A stretch of 64,000 bases of DNA from an uncultured Acidobacteriota bacterium (GTDB taxonomy: Bacteria > Acidobacteriota > Terriglobia > Acidiferrales > UBA7541): NCBI GenBank assembly GCA_963831545.1, contig CAWHQX010000011.1, positions 143,206 to 207,205 of the forward strand, written 5' to 3'. Both the position numbers and the translations under genes were made by a program. Shown in pieces: positions 49,570-58,741 of the stretch (positions within the stretch are counted from its first letter, which is position 1; each line of letters starts with the position of its first letter). The notes under the pieces were generated by a model. That model was not told the DNA's origin. It saw nothing but the letters and a program-made list of their open reading frames with translations, and made no database searches.

Positions 49570-49998
49570 ATGAGCTGGCTTGCAAACCTCTTTACGAAAT
49601 ACCCCGACATGGGTATTTATCTCGCCCGTGGTATCGGATATCTCATCGGGAGATTAAAGTTTCACGGCGTTGGTCTGGGCGTAGTCACAGGGTCAGTTCT
49701 CGGCGGGATCTTCATCGGGAATTCCTTTCATGTGCCCGTATCGGATCAAGCCAAATCAATGCTCTTTCTCCTTTTCCTGTTCGGGATCGGATACTCAGCT
49801 GGACCCAGCCTCTTTCGCAATCTCAGCGGGACGGTTGGCGGTGGGCTGCCCTCGGCGTTTTTGTCCCCGTGGCAGGGGCTTCTGACTGCCTACTCGGTGG
49901 CGAGATTTTTACATCTCGCCGCGGGTCTGGTTTCCGGTTGTCTCACGGAATCTCCCGCAATCGGCACGGCAAGTGAGGCAATGCAAGCCTTGAGATGA
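49570..49998 (+). pseudogene. Truncated second AspT-family antiporter (N-terminus only)
   Basis: GLGVVTGSVLGG, LFLFGIGYSAGP, SGCLTESPAIGTA, then a stop at 142 aa. Confidence 0.8.
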
Positions 49999-50014
49999 AA
50001 GGCCAACAACCGTA

Positions 50015-50212
50015 TTGGCCGGAAATCTATTGAGGCGAATTAGTCCAGCCGCTCAGAAATGCGGTGTCGAGAATACGATTGGATGGCACACCTTCCGTCA
50101 CAGATACGCGACGCAGTTAAAATTGAATGGTGAAGACGTCAAGGTGCTGCGAGAGTCTTTGCGCCATGCTAACAGTCGAATCTCTTCGGCAGCGACGAAA
50201 GGAGGGAATTGA
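50015..50212 (+). mobile_element. Tyrosine-recombinase (phage-type integrase) C-terminal remnant next to the tRNA-Asp 3' end
   Basis: IGWHTFRHRYATQLKLNGEDVKVLRESLRHANSRI carries the HxxR and second His motifs; the catalytic Tyr segment is lost. Confidence 0.85.
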
Positions 50213-50279
50213 TCCTGCTTAGTATTTCTTTATGTTCCCACGCGGGAGAACCAAACTTTCTCCAAGTACTTGAAAAGAA

Positions 50280-50356
50280 TGGCGGGGACGACGAGACTCG
50301 AACTCGCGACCTCTGCCGTGACAGGGCAGCGTTCTAACCAACTGAACTACGTCCCC
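50280..50356 (-). tRNA. tRNA-Asp(GTC)
   Basis: Reverse complement GGGGACGTAGTTCAGTTGGTTAGAACGCTGCCCTGTCACGGCAGAGGTCGCGAGTTCGAGTCTCGTCGTCCCCGCCA; cloverleaf, encoded CCA. Confidence 0.97.
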
Positions 50357-50379
50357 GCGAGGGATTTAAAGCAAACGGA

Positions 50380-50456
50380 TGGTGGGCAGTGCAGGGCTCG
50401 AACCTGCGACCTCCTGCTTGTAAGGCAGGCGCTCTAACCAACTGAGCTAACCGCCC
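50380..50456 (-). tRNA. tRNA-Val(TAC)
   Basis: Reverse complement GGGCGGTTAGCTCAGTTGGTTAGAGCGCCTGCCTTACAAGCAGGAGGTCGCAGGTTCGAGCCCTGCACTGCCCACCA. Confidence 0.97.
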
Positions 50457-50474
50457 TTCTGCTCACATTTGCCA

Positions 50475-50503
50475 ATCGTACAGGAACAGTGAATTTGCGT
50501 CAA
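50475..50503 (-). promoter_or_regulatory. Sigma70 promoter of the tRNA-Val/tRNA-Asp operon
   Basis: TTGACG-N17-TACGAT on the minus strand. Confidence 0.75.
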
Positions 50504-50553
50504 TGTGTGCGTGGCTCTCTACTTTTGTAATGCTGAAAAAAATCGCCGCTTTG

Positions 50554-50582
50554 TTGCCAATTTTGCGGCCAGCCAGTACACT
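50554..50582 (+). promoter_or_regulatory. Sigma70 promoter of the DUF507 pair
   Basis: TTGCCA-N17-TACACT. Confidence 0.65.
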
Positions 50583-50617
50583 CGAATACTTGAAGGAATG
50601 CAAAGGAAGCTGCCGAG

Positions 50618-50905
50618 ATGCTGTTGAACCGTGACTACGTTGGGTATATGGCGTCAGACGTCATCAAGAAATTGATTGAAGGCAACCTGATCGAAATCAA
50701 AGAGAAAGATATGGAAGGCGTAGTCGCGCGAGTGCGCGCGCGAATGACAGAAGAAATTACCGTCGAGGACAAGATCAACGAAGAAGCGCGCACGATTTTG
50801 ACGCAGCACCAGGATGAAATGCGTCGAGCCGGTATTTCGTACCAAGATATGTTTAAGAAAGTCAAAGGTCAGATTGCTCGCGATCGCAAGCTGATTCTAC
50901 GGTGA
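50618..50905 (+). CDS. DUF507-family protein
   Basis: 95 aa, EDKINEEARTIL...YQDMFKKVKGQIARDRK. Confidence 0.75.
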   Translation: MLLNRDYVGYMASDVIKKLIEGNLIEIKEKDMEGVVARVRARMTEEITVEDKINEEARTILTQHQDEMRRAGISYQDMFKKVKGQIARDRKLILR

Positions 50906-50944
50906 TCCTGTGGCAGGGAAGAGATCTGGGGAACATACGATAAC

Positions 50945-51268
50945 ATGCGATTGAGCCGCGAAAAGATTGTGCGAATCTCCCACCAGGTAACGGATTTGCT
51001 TGTACAAAGCAATGATGTCGAATTTGTGGAAGACCGCGACACCATCCGCCAGCACATCGTTCAATCGATTACCAACATCTTGCGGGAAGAAGAAAAAGTC
51101 GAAGTGGAAGTCCGCAAGAGGATCACGTCCCAGAAAAAGGAAATTATTGAGGGCAGCGAAGAGTGGGATGTGCTGTTCCGCAAGTACTACAGTGACGAAC
51201 TTCGTCGCATGGGTATTTCCGCTGCTCCCGAAGAGCACCAAAAAGCCGGCCACGGCGGGCATCGCTAG
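50945..51268 (+). CDS. DUF507-family protein
   Basis: MRLSREKIVRISH...EGSEEWDVLFRKYYSDEL. Confidence 0.8.
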   Translation: MRLSREKIVRISHQVTDLLVQSNDVEFVEDRDTIRQHIVQSITNILREEEKVEVEVRKRITSQKKEIIEGSEEWDVLFRKYYSDELRRMGISAAPEEHQKAGHGGHR

Positions 51269-51895
51269 AAGACGTTTCGCCTCAAATTCCTCCTACGAAA
51301 CCGATCTCGATTCTCTGGACACGCCCGCACTCAGGAGAGTCCAGTTCGCCTTATTCACGACTCGAAAAGCGCAACTCTCCAAACTGTGCAAAATAGTTCC
51401 GCAATTGTTCAACGCAGATAAGAATTGCCTGAGACGCCGGCTCGGAAATTTTCGGGATAGAAAACACGACCTAAATTGTCCTCAGTTGTCCCGTGCTACC
51501 TGTTGCCTGGAAATTCAAACTCGCGCAGTATCGTCGGAAGTTGCGGCTGCACGAGACTCATTTCGGCCGAAGCGGTCTGCGGGGGGGAAACGACCTCCAA
51601 GGGCGACAACTGAATCTTGTAGCAGCCGTAAGTCTTTTGGTTGACGGCACACTGATTCGCGGACCGGAACAAGGTCACAGGTTTAAGCCGCACCACAAGA
51701 ATACTCTGAGCTCCCGGACGTGACGGACCTGTAACAATTGACAGGGCGGTCAATTTCGCGGGATTCGAATCATCGGATCGGTGAGCTCAATCTGTTGGCG
51801 AAACCCACCAGGAGCGTTCCAACTCGGACTCATCGCTATAAAATGAAAACGGGCGGCAACCTCGCCGCCCGCACAGTTCTGCTGTTGCCCGAGCA

Positions 51896-53167
51896 TCACG
51901 GAGAATCTGGCCGGCGCTTCAGCGTCGGGCGGTCATCATCACTACTGCTTGGATCGGCCGTCGTAGGCTGGGTTTGCGAAGTCTTGTCCGACTGCTCTGT
52001 TTTCGTGCGCAGCGTCGGTTTACCCGGCTGATTATCCATCACCTTTCGGCTGAACATGATATTCCGCAGCCGGGCTTTCACCATATCAAATTCAGAAGTA
52101 GTTACGATGTACTCATCTTTTTCAGGAAGAATCCGGGCTATTTCTTTTTGTGCGTCAGCTATACGTTCCGGGGTTGGAGGATGTGTCGAGAAGAATTTTG
52201 GGATCGTGCCCGGGCGGCGCTTCTCGTCGGCTTGAATCCGTTCGAAGAAGGTCACATACGCGTTTGGATCATATCCCGCCTTATACATATACTGTAGGCC
52301 AAGGAAGTCGGCTTCCTTTTCAGCATCGCGAGAAAACTTCAAATAAGAGAGCGGAATCGCCAATTGCAGTGCCTGGTAGATTCCGTAACCGGCCCATCCA
52401 CCTGGACCCAAGAGCATCAAGGGAATGGTGGCCAGCTGCATCATTTCGCCCTTTGTGGCCTGTTTGGTTCCATGCCGCGCGGTGACATGCGAAATCTCGT
52501 GAGCCATCACTCCCGCGAGCTCGGACTCCTCCTGCGCACGGAGGATGAGGCCACTGTTAACGTAGAAAAACCCGCCCGGAAGTGCGAATGCATTCACTTC
52601 GTCGGAATCAATCACTTTGATTGTAAAAGGGACTTGGGCATCGGAATTACGAACCAAATTCTGGCCTACGCGGTTCACGTATTCCACCACGACCGGGTCA
52701 TCCACGAGTTTTGAAGAGCGCTCCACTTCCTGAGCGAGTCCTTTACCCAACGCAATCTCATGTTCGATGGAATAGAAGTTTATGCCCTTACCAACGTTGC
52801 GGTTTCCGATCGCGTCGACGTCGTCCTTGCTGTTTTTGGGATGAACCGTTTCCTGTTGCGGAACCGGGGCATCCGCGCCGGGAGTTCCGGGTGCTGGTTT
52901 GGCCGCCGTGGGAGCTGCCGGAGTCTGAGGTGAAGCTGTTGATTGCGGGTCAGTTGGGCTTTGGGTTCCAGGCTGGGCAGTCGATTGCGGATCTTGCGGA
53001 GTTTTCTGAGTACCTGTTTGAGTGCTGGCTGGAGGAGCAGGGTTCTGCGTGGTATTCGATTGCGCCATTACGACGGAAGCGGTGCCAAGCGTTAAGCTCC
53101 AGGCAAACAGGAGAGACAAACTGTGTTGAGAGAGTTTCCCCATCTTCAAACCTCCCCATCCATCCAT
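51896..53167 (-). CDS. M48-family metalloprotease, exported
   Basis: EVNAFALPGGF, LAGVMAHEISHV (HExxH), FSRDAEKEAD, STHP; signal peptide and Pro/Gln linker. Confidence 0.92.
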   Translation of the reverse strand: MDGWGGLKMGKLSQHSLSLLFAWSLTLGTASVVMAQSNTTQNPAPPASTQTGTQKTPQDPQSTAQPGTQSPTDPQSTASPQTPAAPTAAKPAPGTPGADAPVPQQETVHPKNSKDDVDAIGNRNVGKGINFYSIEHEIALGKGLAQEVERSSKLVDDPVVVEYVNRVGQNLVRNSDAQVPFTIKVIDSDEVNAFALPGGFFYVNSGLILRAQEESELAGVMAHEISHVTARHGTKQATKGEMMQLATIPLMLLGPGGWAGYGIYQALQLAIPLSYLKFSRDAEKEADFLGLQYMYKAGYDPNAYVTFFERIQADEKRRPGTIPKFFSTHPPTPERIADAQKEIARILPEKDEYIVTTSEFDMVKARLRNIMFSRKVMDNQPGKPTLRTKTEQSDKTSQTQPTTADPSSSDDDRPTLKRRPDSP

Positions 53168-53286
53168 CGACAGCAGTATAGCACCGGTCGAGGCCGGTAG
53201 GCGTAATCCTTATGATGTATGGGTTGCCTGGAAGGTTTTCCAGGCGCCTGCAGATACCAGCTCGCACACCCCGTGTGGCTAGATTG

Positions 53287-53315
53287 TTGACACTTTTCGC
53301 CGGGGTCTCTAGAGT
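53287..53315 (+). promoter_or_regulatory. Probable sigma70 promoter
   Basis: TTGACA-N17-TAGAGT. Confidence 0.55.
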
Positions 53316-53320
53316 CAGAG

Positions 53321-53548
53321 GTGCCCATGAGCGTGCGCAAAATTCAGATCGGACAGTTGTGGAAGAAGGAAGAGACCGGGGACATATTTTTGGTCACCCG
53401 TGTTTACAGCGAAGCTCTAAGCACCATTGTTGTCCTTCGCAAATCGGGAGCCGAGGAAGAAAACGTTACTCGAGTCAAGGCAGAACGGACGCCCCAAGGG
53501 CACAATCTGCCAGGGTTTATACCCGCCGTTGACGATGATGCGGTCTGA
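53321..53548 (+). CDS. Small hypothetical protein (start may be ATG 53327)
   Basis: 75-aa beta-rich ORF (IQIGQLWKKEETGDIFLVTRV) behind a good promoter. Confidence 0.6.
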   Translation: MPMSVRKIQIGQLWKKEETGDIFLVTRVYSEALSTIVVLRKSGAEEENVTRVKAERTPQGHNLPGFIPAVDDDAV

Positions 53549-53576
53549 AGCCTACCAGGGTGCAGCCGGCCAAGCC

Positions 53577-54293
53577 TTAGATCGACCGGACAGCCAGAGC
53601 CACGACGTCGTCGACCGCCATGGGCTCCTTTTGCAGAAAAGGCTCACCATATTTCACTCCAATCAGCGCGCCATGCTGCCGGGCTAGCAGTTCCATGCGA
53701 TTGTCCAATTCGTCGATGGCCAGGAAAACGCGCTGTTTTCGTTCGGTCTCTGCTGGACGGAATTGCGAGCCGTAGGCCAGGATCGCCCGGTGGCGGGTCG
53801 CATACTGCTTGCTGATATCCACGATGAAAGTCGGTTCCATGCCCTCAAACGACGTACCGTAGAGAATCTTGAATGGGCGGTACGGTTCCCCATCGAGTGG
53901 CAAGCGCTTGAGCCCTGCCAGAAAACAGCCTTCATACCCTAGCGTGGAGGCGTGATAGTGGTCAGGGTGACGCGCCTCCCAATACGGGAGAATCACGGTC
54001 CGTGGCCGGAGCTCCCGGATCACTTGTGCCAACCTCAACTTGTTCTGGCGTGTGGGCTGGACATCGGAATCGGGCACTCCAAGATTGCCGCGCCAGGAGA
54101 CCTTGAGAATTCTCGCCGCGCGCGCGGCTTCTTTCGCGCGAATCACGGGCGTACCTCGCGTGCCCATCTCGCCCGCCGTCAAATCGAGGATTCCGGTTTT
54201 ATATCCGGCTTGTGCCATTTTAAGCAGGGTCCCGCCGCAGGTCAGTTCGACATCGTCGGGATGAGCGGCTATGGCAAGAACGTCAAGATTCAT
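53577..54293 (-). CDS. bshB1: PIG-L-family deacetylase, BshB1-like (bacillithiol biosynthesis)
   Basis: LAIAAHPDDVELTCGG, DLTAGEMGTRG, RHPDH. Confidence 0.82.
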   Translation of the reverse strand: MNLDVLAIAAHPDDVELTCGGTLLKMAQAGYKTGILDLTAGEMGTRGTPVIRAKEAARAARILKVSWRGNLGVPDSDVQPTRQNKLRLAQVIRELRPRTVILPYWEARHPDHYHASTLGYEGCFLAGLKRLPLDGEPYRPFKILYGTSFEGMEPTFIVDISKQYATRHRAILAYGSQFRPAETERKQRVFLAIDELDNRMELLARQHGALIGVKYGEPFLQKEPMAVDDVVALAVRSI

Positions 54294-54377
54294 TGGGCCT
54301 CCGAACATTCTAGATCGTTGGATTTCATCGACAGGGAATTCTACCAGCCACCGGGAGTTGTGATAAGTTCGAAGGCT

Positions 54378-55109
54378 ATGAATGGCACGCTGGAAAATCG
54401 CGTGGCACTGGTAACAGGCTCCGGTAAACGGCTGGGCCGGGCCGTCGCGCTTCGCTTGGCTTCCGAAGGAGCGAATGTCGCGATCCATTACGGCAAATCT
54501 GAATCCGAGGCGCAGCAGGTTGTTGCGGAAATCGAGAAACTTGGTCGTAAGTCTCAGGCATTTGGTGCCGATTTGCTGAGCGTGGCGGCGATCCGCTCTT
54601 TGATCGCCGACGTTGTCTCCCACTTTGGCCGGCTCGATATCCTCATCAATAGTGCCGCTAATTTTATTGAAACGGAATTCTCGGAGACGACCGAACAGAG
54701 CTGGGATTTGTCGCTCGATACAAATTTGAAGGCTCCGTTTTTCTGTACCCAAACTGCGGCGCCTCATCTCGAAAAAGTCGGAGACGGAGTTGTGATCAAC
54801 TTTGCCGATATCGGGGGATTACTGGGGTGGACGGATTTCCTTCCGCATTCCGTGTCTAAAACCGGAGTCATGATGATGACCCGTATTTTGGCCAAGGAAT
54901 TAGCTCCGAAGGTTCGTGTTAACGCGATCGCCCCAGGCACCATCAGCCTGCCGGGTGATCCGCCGGAGTGGGAGCAAGATTACATCCGCAAGGCCCCCCT
55001 CAAGCGATCTGGCCGACCCGAGGAGATCACGGACGCGGTCATGTATCTCATTCGGGCAGAGTTTGTGACGGGGCAAGTCCTGGTCGTCGACGGCGGCAGG
55101 TCGCTGTAG
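54378..55109 (+). CDS. SDR oxidoreductase, pteridine-reductase/FolM-like
   Basis: ALVTGSGKRLGRAVA, LINSAANF, VRVNAIAPG; HSVSK replaces YxxxK. Confidence 0.88.
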   Translation: MNGTLENRVALVTGSGKRLGRAVALRLASEGANVAIHYGKSESEAQQVVAEIEKLGRKSQAFGADLLSVAAIRSLIADVVSHFGRLDILINSAANFIETEFSETTEQSWDLSLDTNLKAPFFCTQTAAPHLEKVGDGVVINFADIGGLLGWTDFLPHSVSKTGVMMMTRILAKELAPKVRVNAIAPGTISLPGDPPEWEQDYIRKAPLKRSGRPEEITDAVMYLIRAEFVTGQVLVVDGGRSL

Positions 55110-55310
55110 GGAAGTGCCTAAACAGGCTGGAGATAAGCCTGTTTCGCGGCCGAAGAATCTAAAAAAGTGTTGAATGGCATCTGGATTATTTCTGGCATTC
55201 TGGATGCGACAATTCCTACCAGGGTGTACTCTTGTTAATTGTGCGCAGTCGATGAGTTTGCCGGCAAACAGGGCCGAGTCCCAGTTCGCTATCAGAGGAG
55301 CAGTTCAAGT

Positions 55311-57986
55311 ATGGATCAGGAAACATTCGCAGCGCGGCACATTGAGGACGTCGAGATACAAGAGTGGTTGGAGTCTCTCGACTCGGTGCTGGAATCCAGT
55401 GGAACCGACGTCGCCCGGGAAATTCTGGAACGTTTGCGCGCCCACGCCACCGTCAGTGGAATCGACTTGCCCTTTACCGCCAACACACCCTACGCGAACA
55501 CGATTCCTGCAAGACTCGAGCCCCTGTTCCCAGGAGATCAACAGCTCGAGCGCCGCATTAAGTCGCTCATCCGATGGAACGCTCTGGCGATGGTAGTCCG
55601 TGCGAATCGCATGGAGCACAACATCGGCGGCCACATTTCGACTTACGCCTCTGCCGCAACTTTGTACGAAGTCGGCTTCAACCATTTCTTTCGTGCGCGC
55701 AGCGACAGCTTCGAAGGGGATACGGTCTTTTTTCAGGGCCATGCCGCTCCAGGCGTTTATTCGCGAGCCTTTCTCGAAGGCCGGATCAGCATTGAACAGT
55801 TGGAAAATTTCCGTCGTGAACTGAAACCTGGTGGCGGACTGTCTTCCTACCCACATCCGTGGCTCATGCCGAATTTTTGGGAATATCCGACCGTGTCGAT
55901 GGGTTTGGGCCCGCTCATGGCGATTTACCAGGCACGTTTCAATCGGTACCTCGAAAATCGCGGACTGAAGCCGGTAACCGACGCGAAAGTATGGGCGTTC
56001 TTGGGTGACGGCGAGACGGACGAGCCAGAATCGCTCGGCGCAATCACGCTCGCTTCCCGTGAGAAGCTCGACAATTTGATTTTCGTCATTAATTGTAACC
56101 TGCAGCGCCTTGATGGGCCGGTACGCGGCAATGGACAAATCATCCAGGAATTGGAATCGGCATTCCGCGGCGCACGTTGGAACGTGATCAAGGTTTTGTG
56201 GGGCAGTGAATGGGACCCTATTCTCGAGCGCGATACGGAAGGGCTGCTCGTCAAGAGAATGGGCGAAATGGTCGATGGGGAATACCAGAAGCTGGTGGTT
56301 TCCAGCGGCGACTACATCCGACAGTTTTTCTTTGGCAGCGATCCCCGCTTGTTGAAGCTTGTAGAACCGTTGCCTGATGAGGCCTTGCGTCGTTTGCGTT
56401 TGGGTGGCCACGATCCGCGAAAGGTCTACGCTGCATACAAGGCAGCTGTCGATCACACCGGCGGCCCGACCGTCATTCTTGCTCGCACCATCAAGGGTTA
56501 CGGCCTTGGCGAAGCGGGCGAAGGTAAAAACGTCACGCACCAGCAGAAAAAGCTGAATGAAGACGAATTGCGGGAGTTCCGTTCTCGTTTCGGCATTCCA
56601 ATGAGCGACGAGGACTTGAGCGAAGTACCGTTCTATCGTCCGGCGGAAGATAGCGAAGAGATCCGCTATTTGCGTGCAAAGCGTGAAGCGCTTGGTGGCT
56701 ACACGCCGCAACGAAAAGTGCGCTCCAAGCCGATCGTCGCCGATCACAACGAACTGTTCAGTGAATTTCATGACGGCAGCGATGGTCGCGAAGTATCAAC
56801 TACGATGGCGTTTGTCGCGATGCTGCGCAAAATGTTGAAGGATCCTGAGATCGGGAAACTGATCGTGCCGATTGTGCCGGACGAAGCTCGCACGTTCGGC
56901 ATGGAATCGTTGTTCCGCACCGTGGGAATTTATTCGAGTGTCGGCCAGAAGTACGAACCAGTCGATGTCAACACGCTCCTCTATTACAAGGAAGCTAAAG
57001 ACGGCCAGATACTGGAAGAGGGAATCACAGAGGCTGGCTCGGTTGCTTCGTTTATCGCCGCTGGTTCCGCGTATGCCACTCACGGGATCAATACAATCCC
57101 ATTTTTCATCTATTACTCGATGTTCGGGTTCCAGCGCATCGCTGATTTTATCTGGGCCGCCGCGGACATGCGGACCCGTGGATTCCTGCTGGGTGGGACA
57201 GCCGGACGTACGACACTTTCAGGAGAAGGCCTGCAGCACCAGGACGGCAACAGCCACGTTCTTGCGCTGCCCGTGCCTAATCTCCTGGCTTACGACCCGG
57301 CTTACGCTTACGAAATTTCCGTCATCATCCAGGACGGAATTCGCCGCATGTACAAGGAAGGCGAAAGCATTTTCTACTACATTACGGTCATGAATGAACC
57401 GTATGCGATGCCAGCGATGCCTGCCGGAGTTGAGGAAGGCATTCTGAAAGGGATGTACAAATTCCGTGCCGCCGTCAACAAGAAATCGAAATTGCGTGCT
57501 CAACTCTTTGGCAATGGTGCAATTCTGAACGAAGTCGTTGAAGCCCAGGAAATGCTCGAGAAAAATTACGGTGTCGCCGCCGATGTATGGAGCGTCACCA
57601 GTTACAAGTGTCTCTATACCGATGGCATCGAAACGGAACGATGGAACCGGCTGCACCCGGCTGAGAAACCAAGAGTCCCCTATGTTACCGAGTGTCTTGA
57701 CGGAGCGCAGGGTGTGTTTGTGGCTGCAACCGATTATTTGAAGACCTTACCGAACATGGTCAGCAAGTGGATGCCGCGCCGCCTGGCTTCACTTGGCACG
57801 GATGGTTTCGGTCGCAGCGAAGGCCGTACGTCATTGCGCGAATTCTTTGAAGTTGATGCCCGTTTCATCGTGTTGGCGACTCTCCACGAACTCTATCAGG
57901 ACGGACACCTTACGAAGGATGTGGTTGAAAAGGCCATCCAGGATTTGGGCATCAATCCGGAGAAGCCGAACCCGGTCATCTCCTAG
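55311..57986 (+). CDS. aceE: Pyruvate dehydrogenase E1 component (homodimeric AceE type)
   Basis: GGHISTYASAA, FQGHAAPG, SSYPHPWLMP, GDGETDEPES, NCNLQRLDGPV, LGTDGFGRS. Confidence 0.96.
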   Translation: MDQETFAARHIEDVEIQEWLESLDSVLESSGTDVAREILERLRAHATVSGIDLPFTANTPYANTIPARLEPLFPGDQQLERRIKSLIRWNALAMVVRANRMEHNIGGHISTYASAATLYEVGFNHFFRARSDSFEGDTVFFQGHAAPGVYSRAFLEGRISIEQLENFRRELKPGGGLSSYPHPWLMPNFWEYPTVSMGLGPLMAIYQARFNRYLENRGLKPVTDAKVWAFLGDGETDEPESLGAITLASREKLDNLIFVINCNLQRLDGPVRGNGQIIQELESAFRGARWNVIKVLWGSEWDPILERDTEGLLVKRMGEMVDGEYQKLVVSSGDYIRQFFFGSDPRLLKLVEPLPDEALRRLRLGGHDPRKVYAAYKAAVDHTGGPTVILARTIKGYGLGEAGEGKNVTHQQKKLNEDELREFRSRFGIPMSDEDLSEVPFYRPAEDSEEIRYLRAKREALGGYTPQRKVRSKPIVADHNELFSEFHDGSDGREVSTTMAFVAMLRKMLKDPEIGKLIVPIVPDEARTFGMESLFRTVGIYSSVGQKYEPVDVNTLLYYKEAKDGQILEEGITEAGSVASFIAAGSAYATHGINTIPFFIYYSMFGFQRIADFIWAAADMRTRGFLLGGTAGRTTLSGEGLQHQDGNSHVLALPVPNLLAYDPAYAYEISVIIQDGIRRMYKEGESIFYYITVMNEPYAMPAMPAGVEEGILKGMYKFRAAVNKKSKLRAQLFGNGAILNEVVEAQEMLEKNYGVAADVWSVTSYKCLYTDGIETERWNRLHPAEKPRVPYVTECLDGAQGVFVAATDYLKTLPNMVSKWMPRRLASLGTDGFGRSEGRTSLREFFEVDARFIVLATLHELYQDGHLTKDVVEKAIQDLGINPEKPNPVIS

Positions 57987-58172
57987 GCGAAGAATTCGCT
58001 GCGCTCACTGAGCCAATGCCCATTTGGAACCGCAGTTTTTCGATCGTTTCTGACTGCAATCGCCAGCGGAGACACTGCGCGTCTCCCAGGCAGCAGTGAA
58101 CGGGAGCGCAGAAACTCGAATGCTTGCCACGTTTGCGCGCAGCTCCAGCCGGACTTACCCGCCGTTCGGCAA

Positions 58173-58595
58173 TTACGGTACCCCCTCCAGAAGCTCGTTG
58201 GGTTTCAGTTTGCCCGTCGCTAGATGCGCGATGAGCTCGCGATTGGCTGCCAGAAAGTCGTAATTGGCAAGTTCCTTCGGCAAGGCCCAGACGATATGTT
58301 CGTAAACAATGGGCGTGATGTCTGGTTCCAGAAATTGTGCGGCAAAAAAATGGATCTCGAGCTGTTGCAGTAGGTTGGCATACTGGTGAGAAACCTCTGC
58401 GATTTCCGTGCACTTCGTCAGCGTGACGCCAAGCTCCTCTCGCAGTTCCCGGGCCAGAGCCTCGTTTAGCGTTTCATCATCATGCACCTTGCCGCCGGGG
58501 AATTCCCATTTGAGTGCGGAAGTGTCGTTGTGTCGGCGTTGCCCGATCAGGATGCGGCGATCGGCTCGCTCTATAACTGCAGCTACGACAATCAT
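58173..58595 (-). CDS. NUDIX (d)NTP pyrophosphohydrolase, MutT/NudG-like
   Basis: WEFPGGKVHDDETLNEALARELREELG Nudix box. Confidence 0.9.
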   Translation of the reverse strand: MIVVAAVIERADRRILIGQRRHNDTSALKWEFPGGKVHDDETLNEALARELREELGVTLTKCTEIAEVSHQYANLLQQLEIHFFAAQFLEPDITPIVYEHIVWALPKELANYDFLAANRELIAHLATGKLKPNELLEGVP

Positions 58596-58741
58596 TGGAG
58601 ATTCACGAGGTCCAAAGCATAGCAGAGAACTCACTGTTCGGAGAATGACAGTCTCGGTATCCATTGACGTAAACAGTGAAACTATGTTGGACTTCATCTT
58701 CGCTTTTTTTCGGAGGAAACGTGTCGATTTGCAGAATTGGA

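Noticed and set aside
51270-51895. Long intergenic gap as a structured ncRNA (6S, RNase P, tmRNA)
   Set aside because: I could not recognise any signature sequence or long stem by eye. An Infernal/Rfam scan would settle it.
53577-55109. Apparent 800-bp overlap between the 396-aa and 385-aa ORFs
   Set aside because: This is an artefact of longest-ORF starts. The real genes begin at 54293 (minus) and 54378 (plus) and are simply divergent.
55305-56771. Long antisense ORFs (488 aa here; also 1631-2689, 31421-32215, 58955-59866)
   Set aside because: They lie opposite well-supported genes, show no motifs, and are typical shadow ORFs of GC-rich coding DNA.
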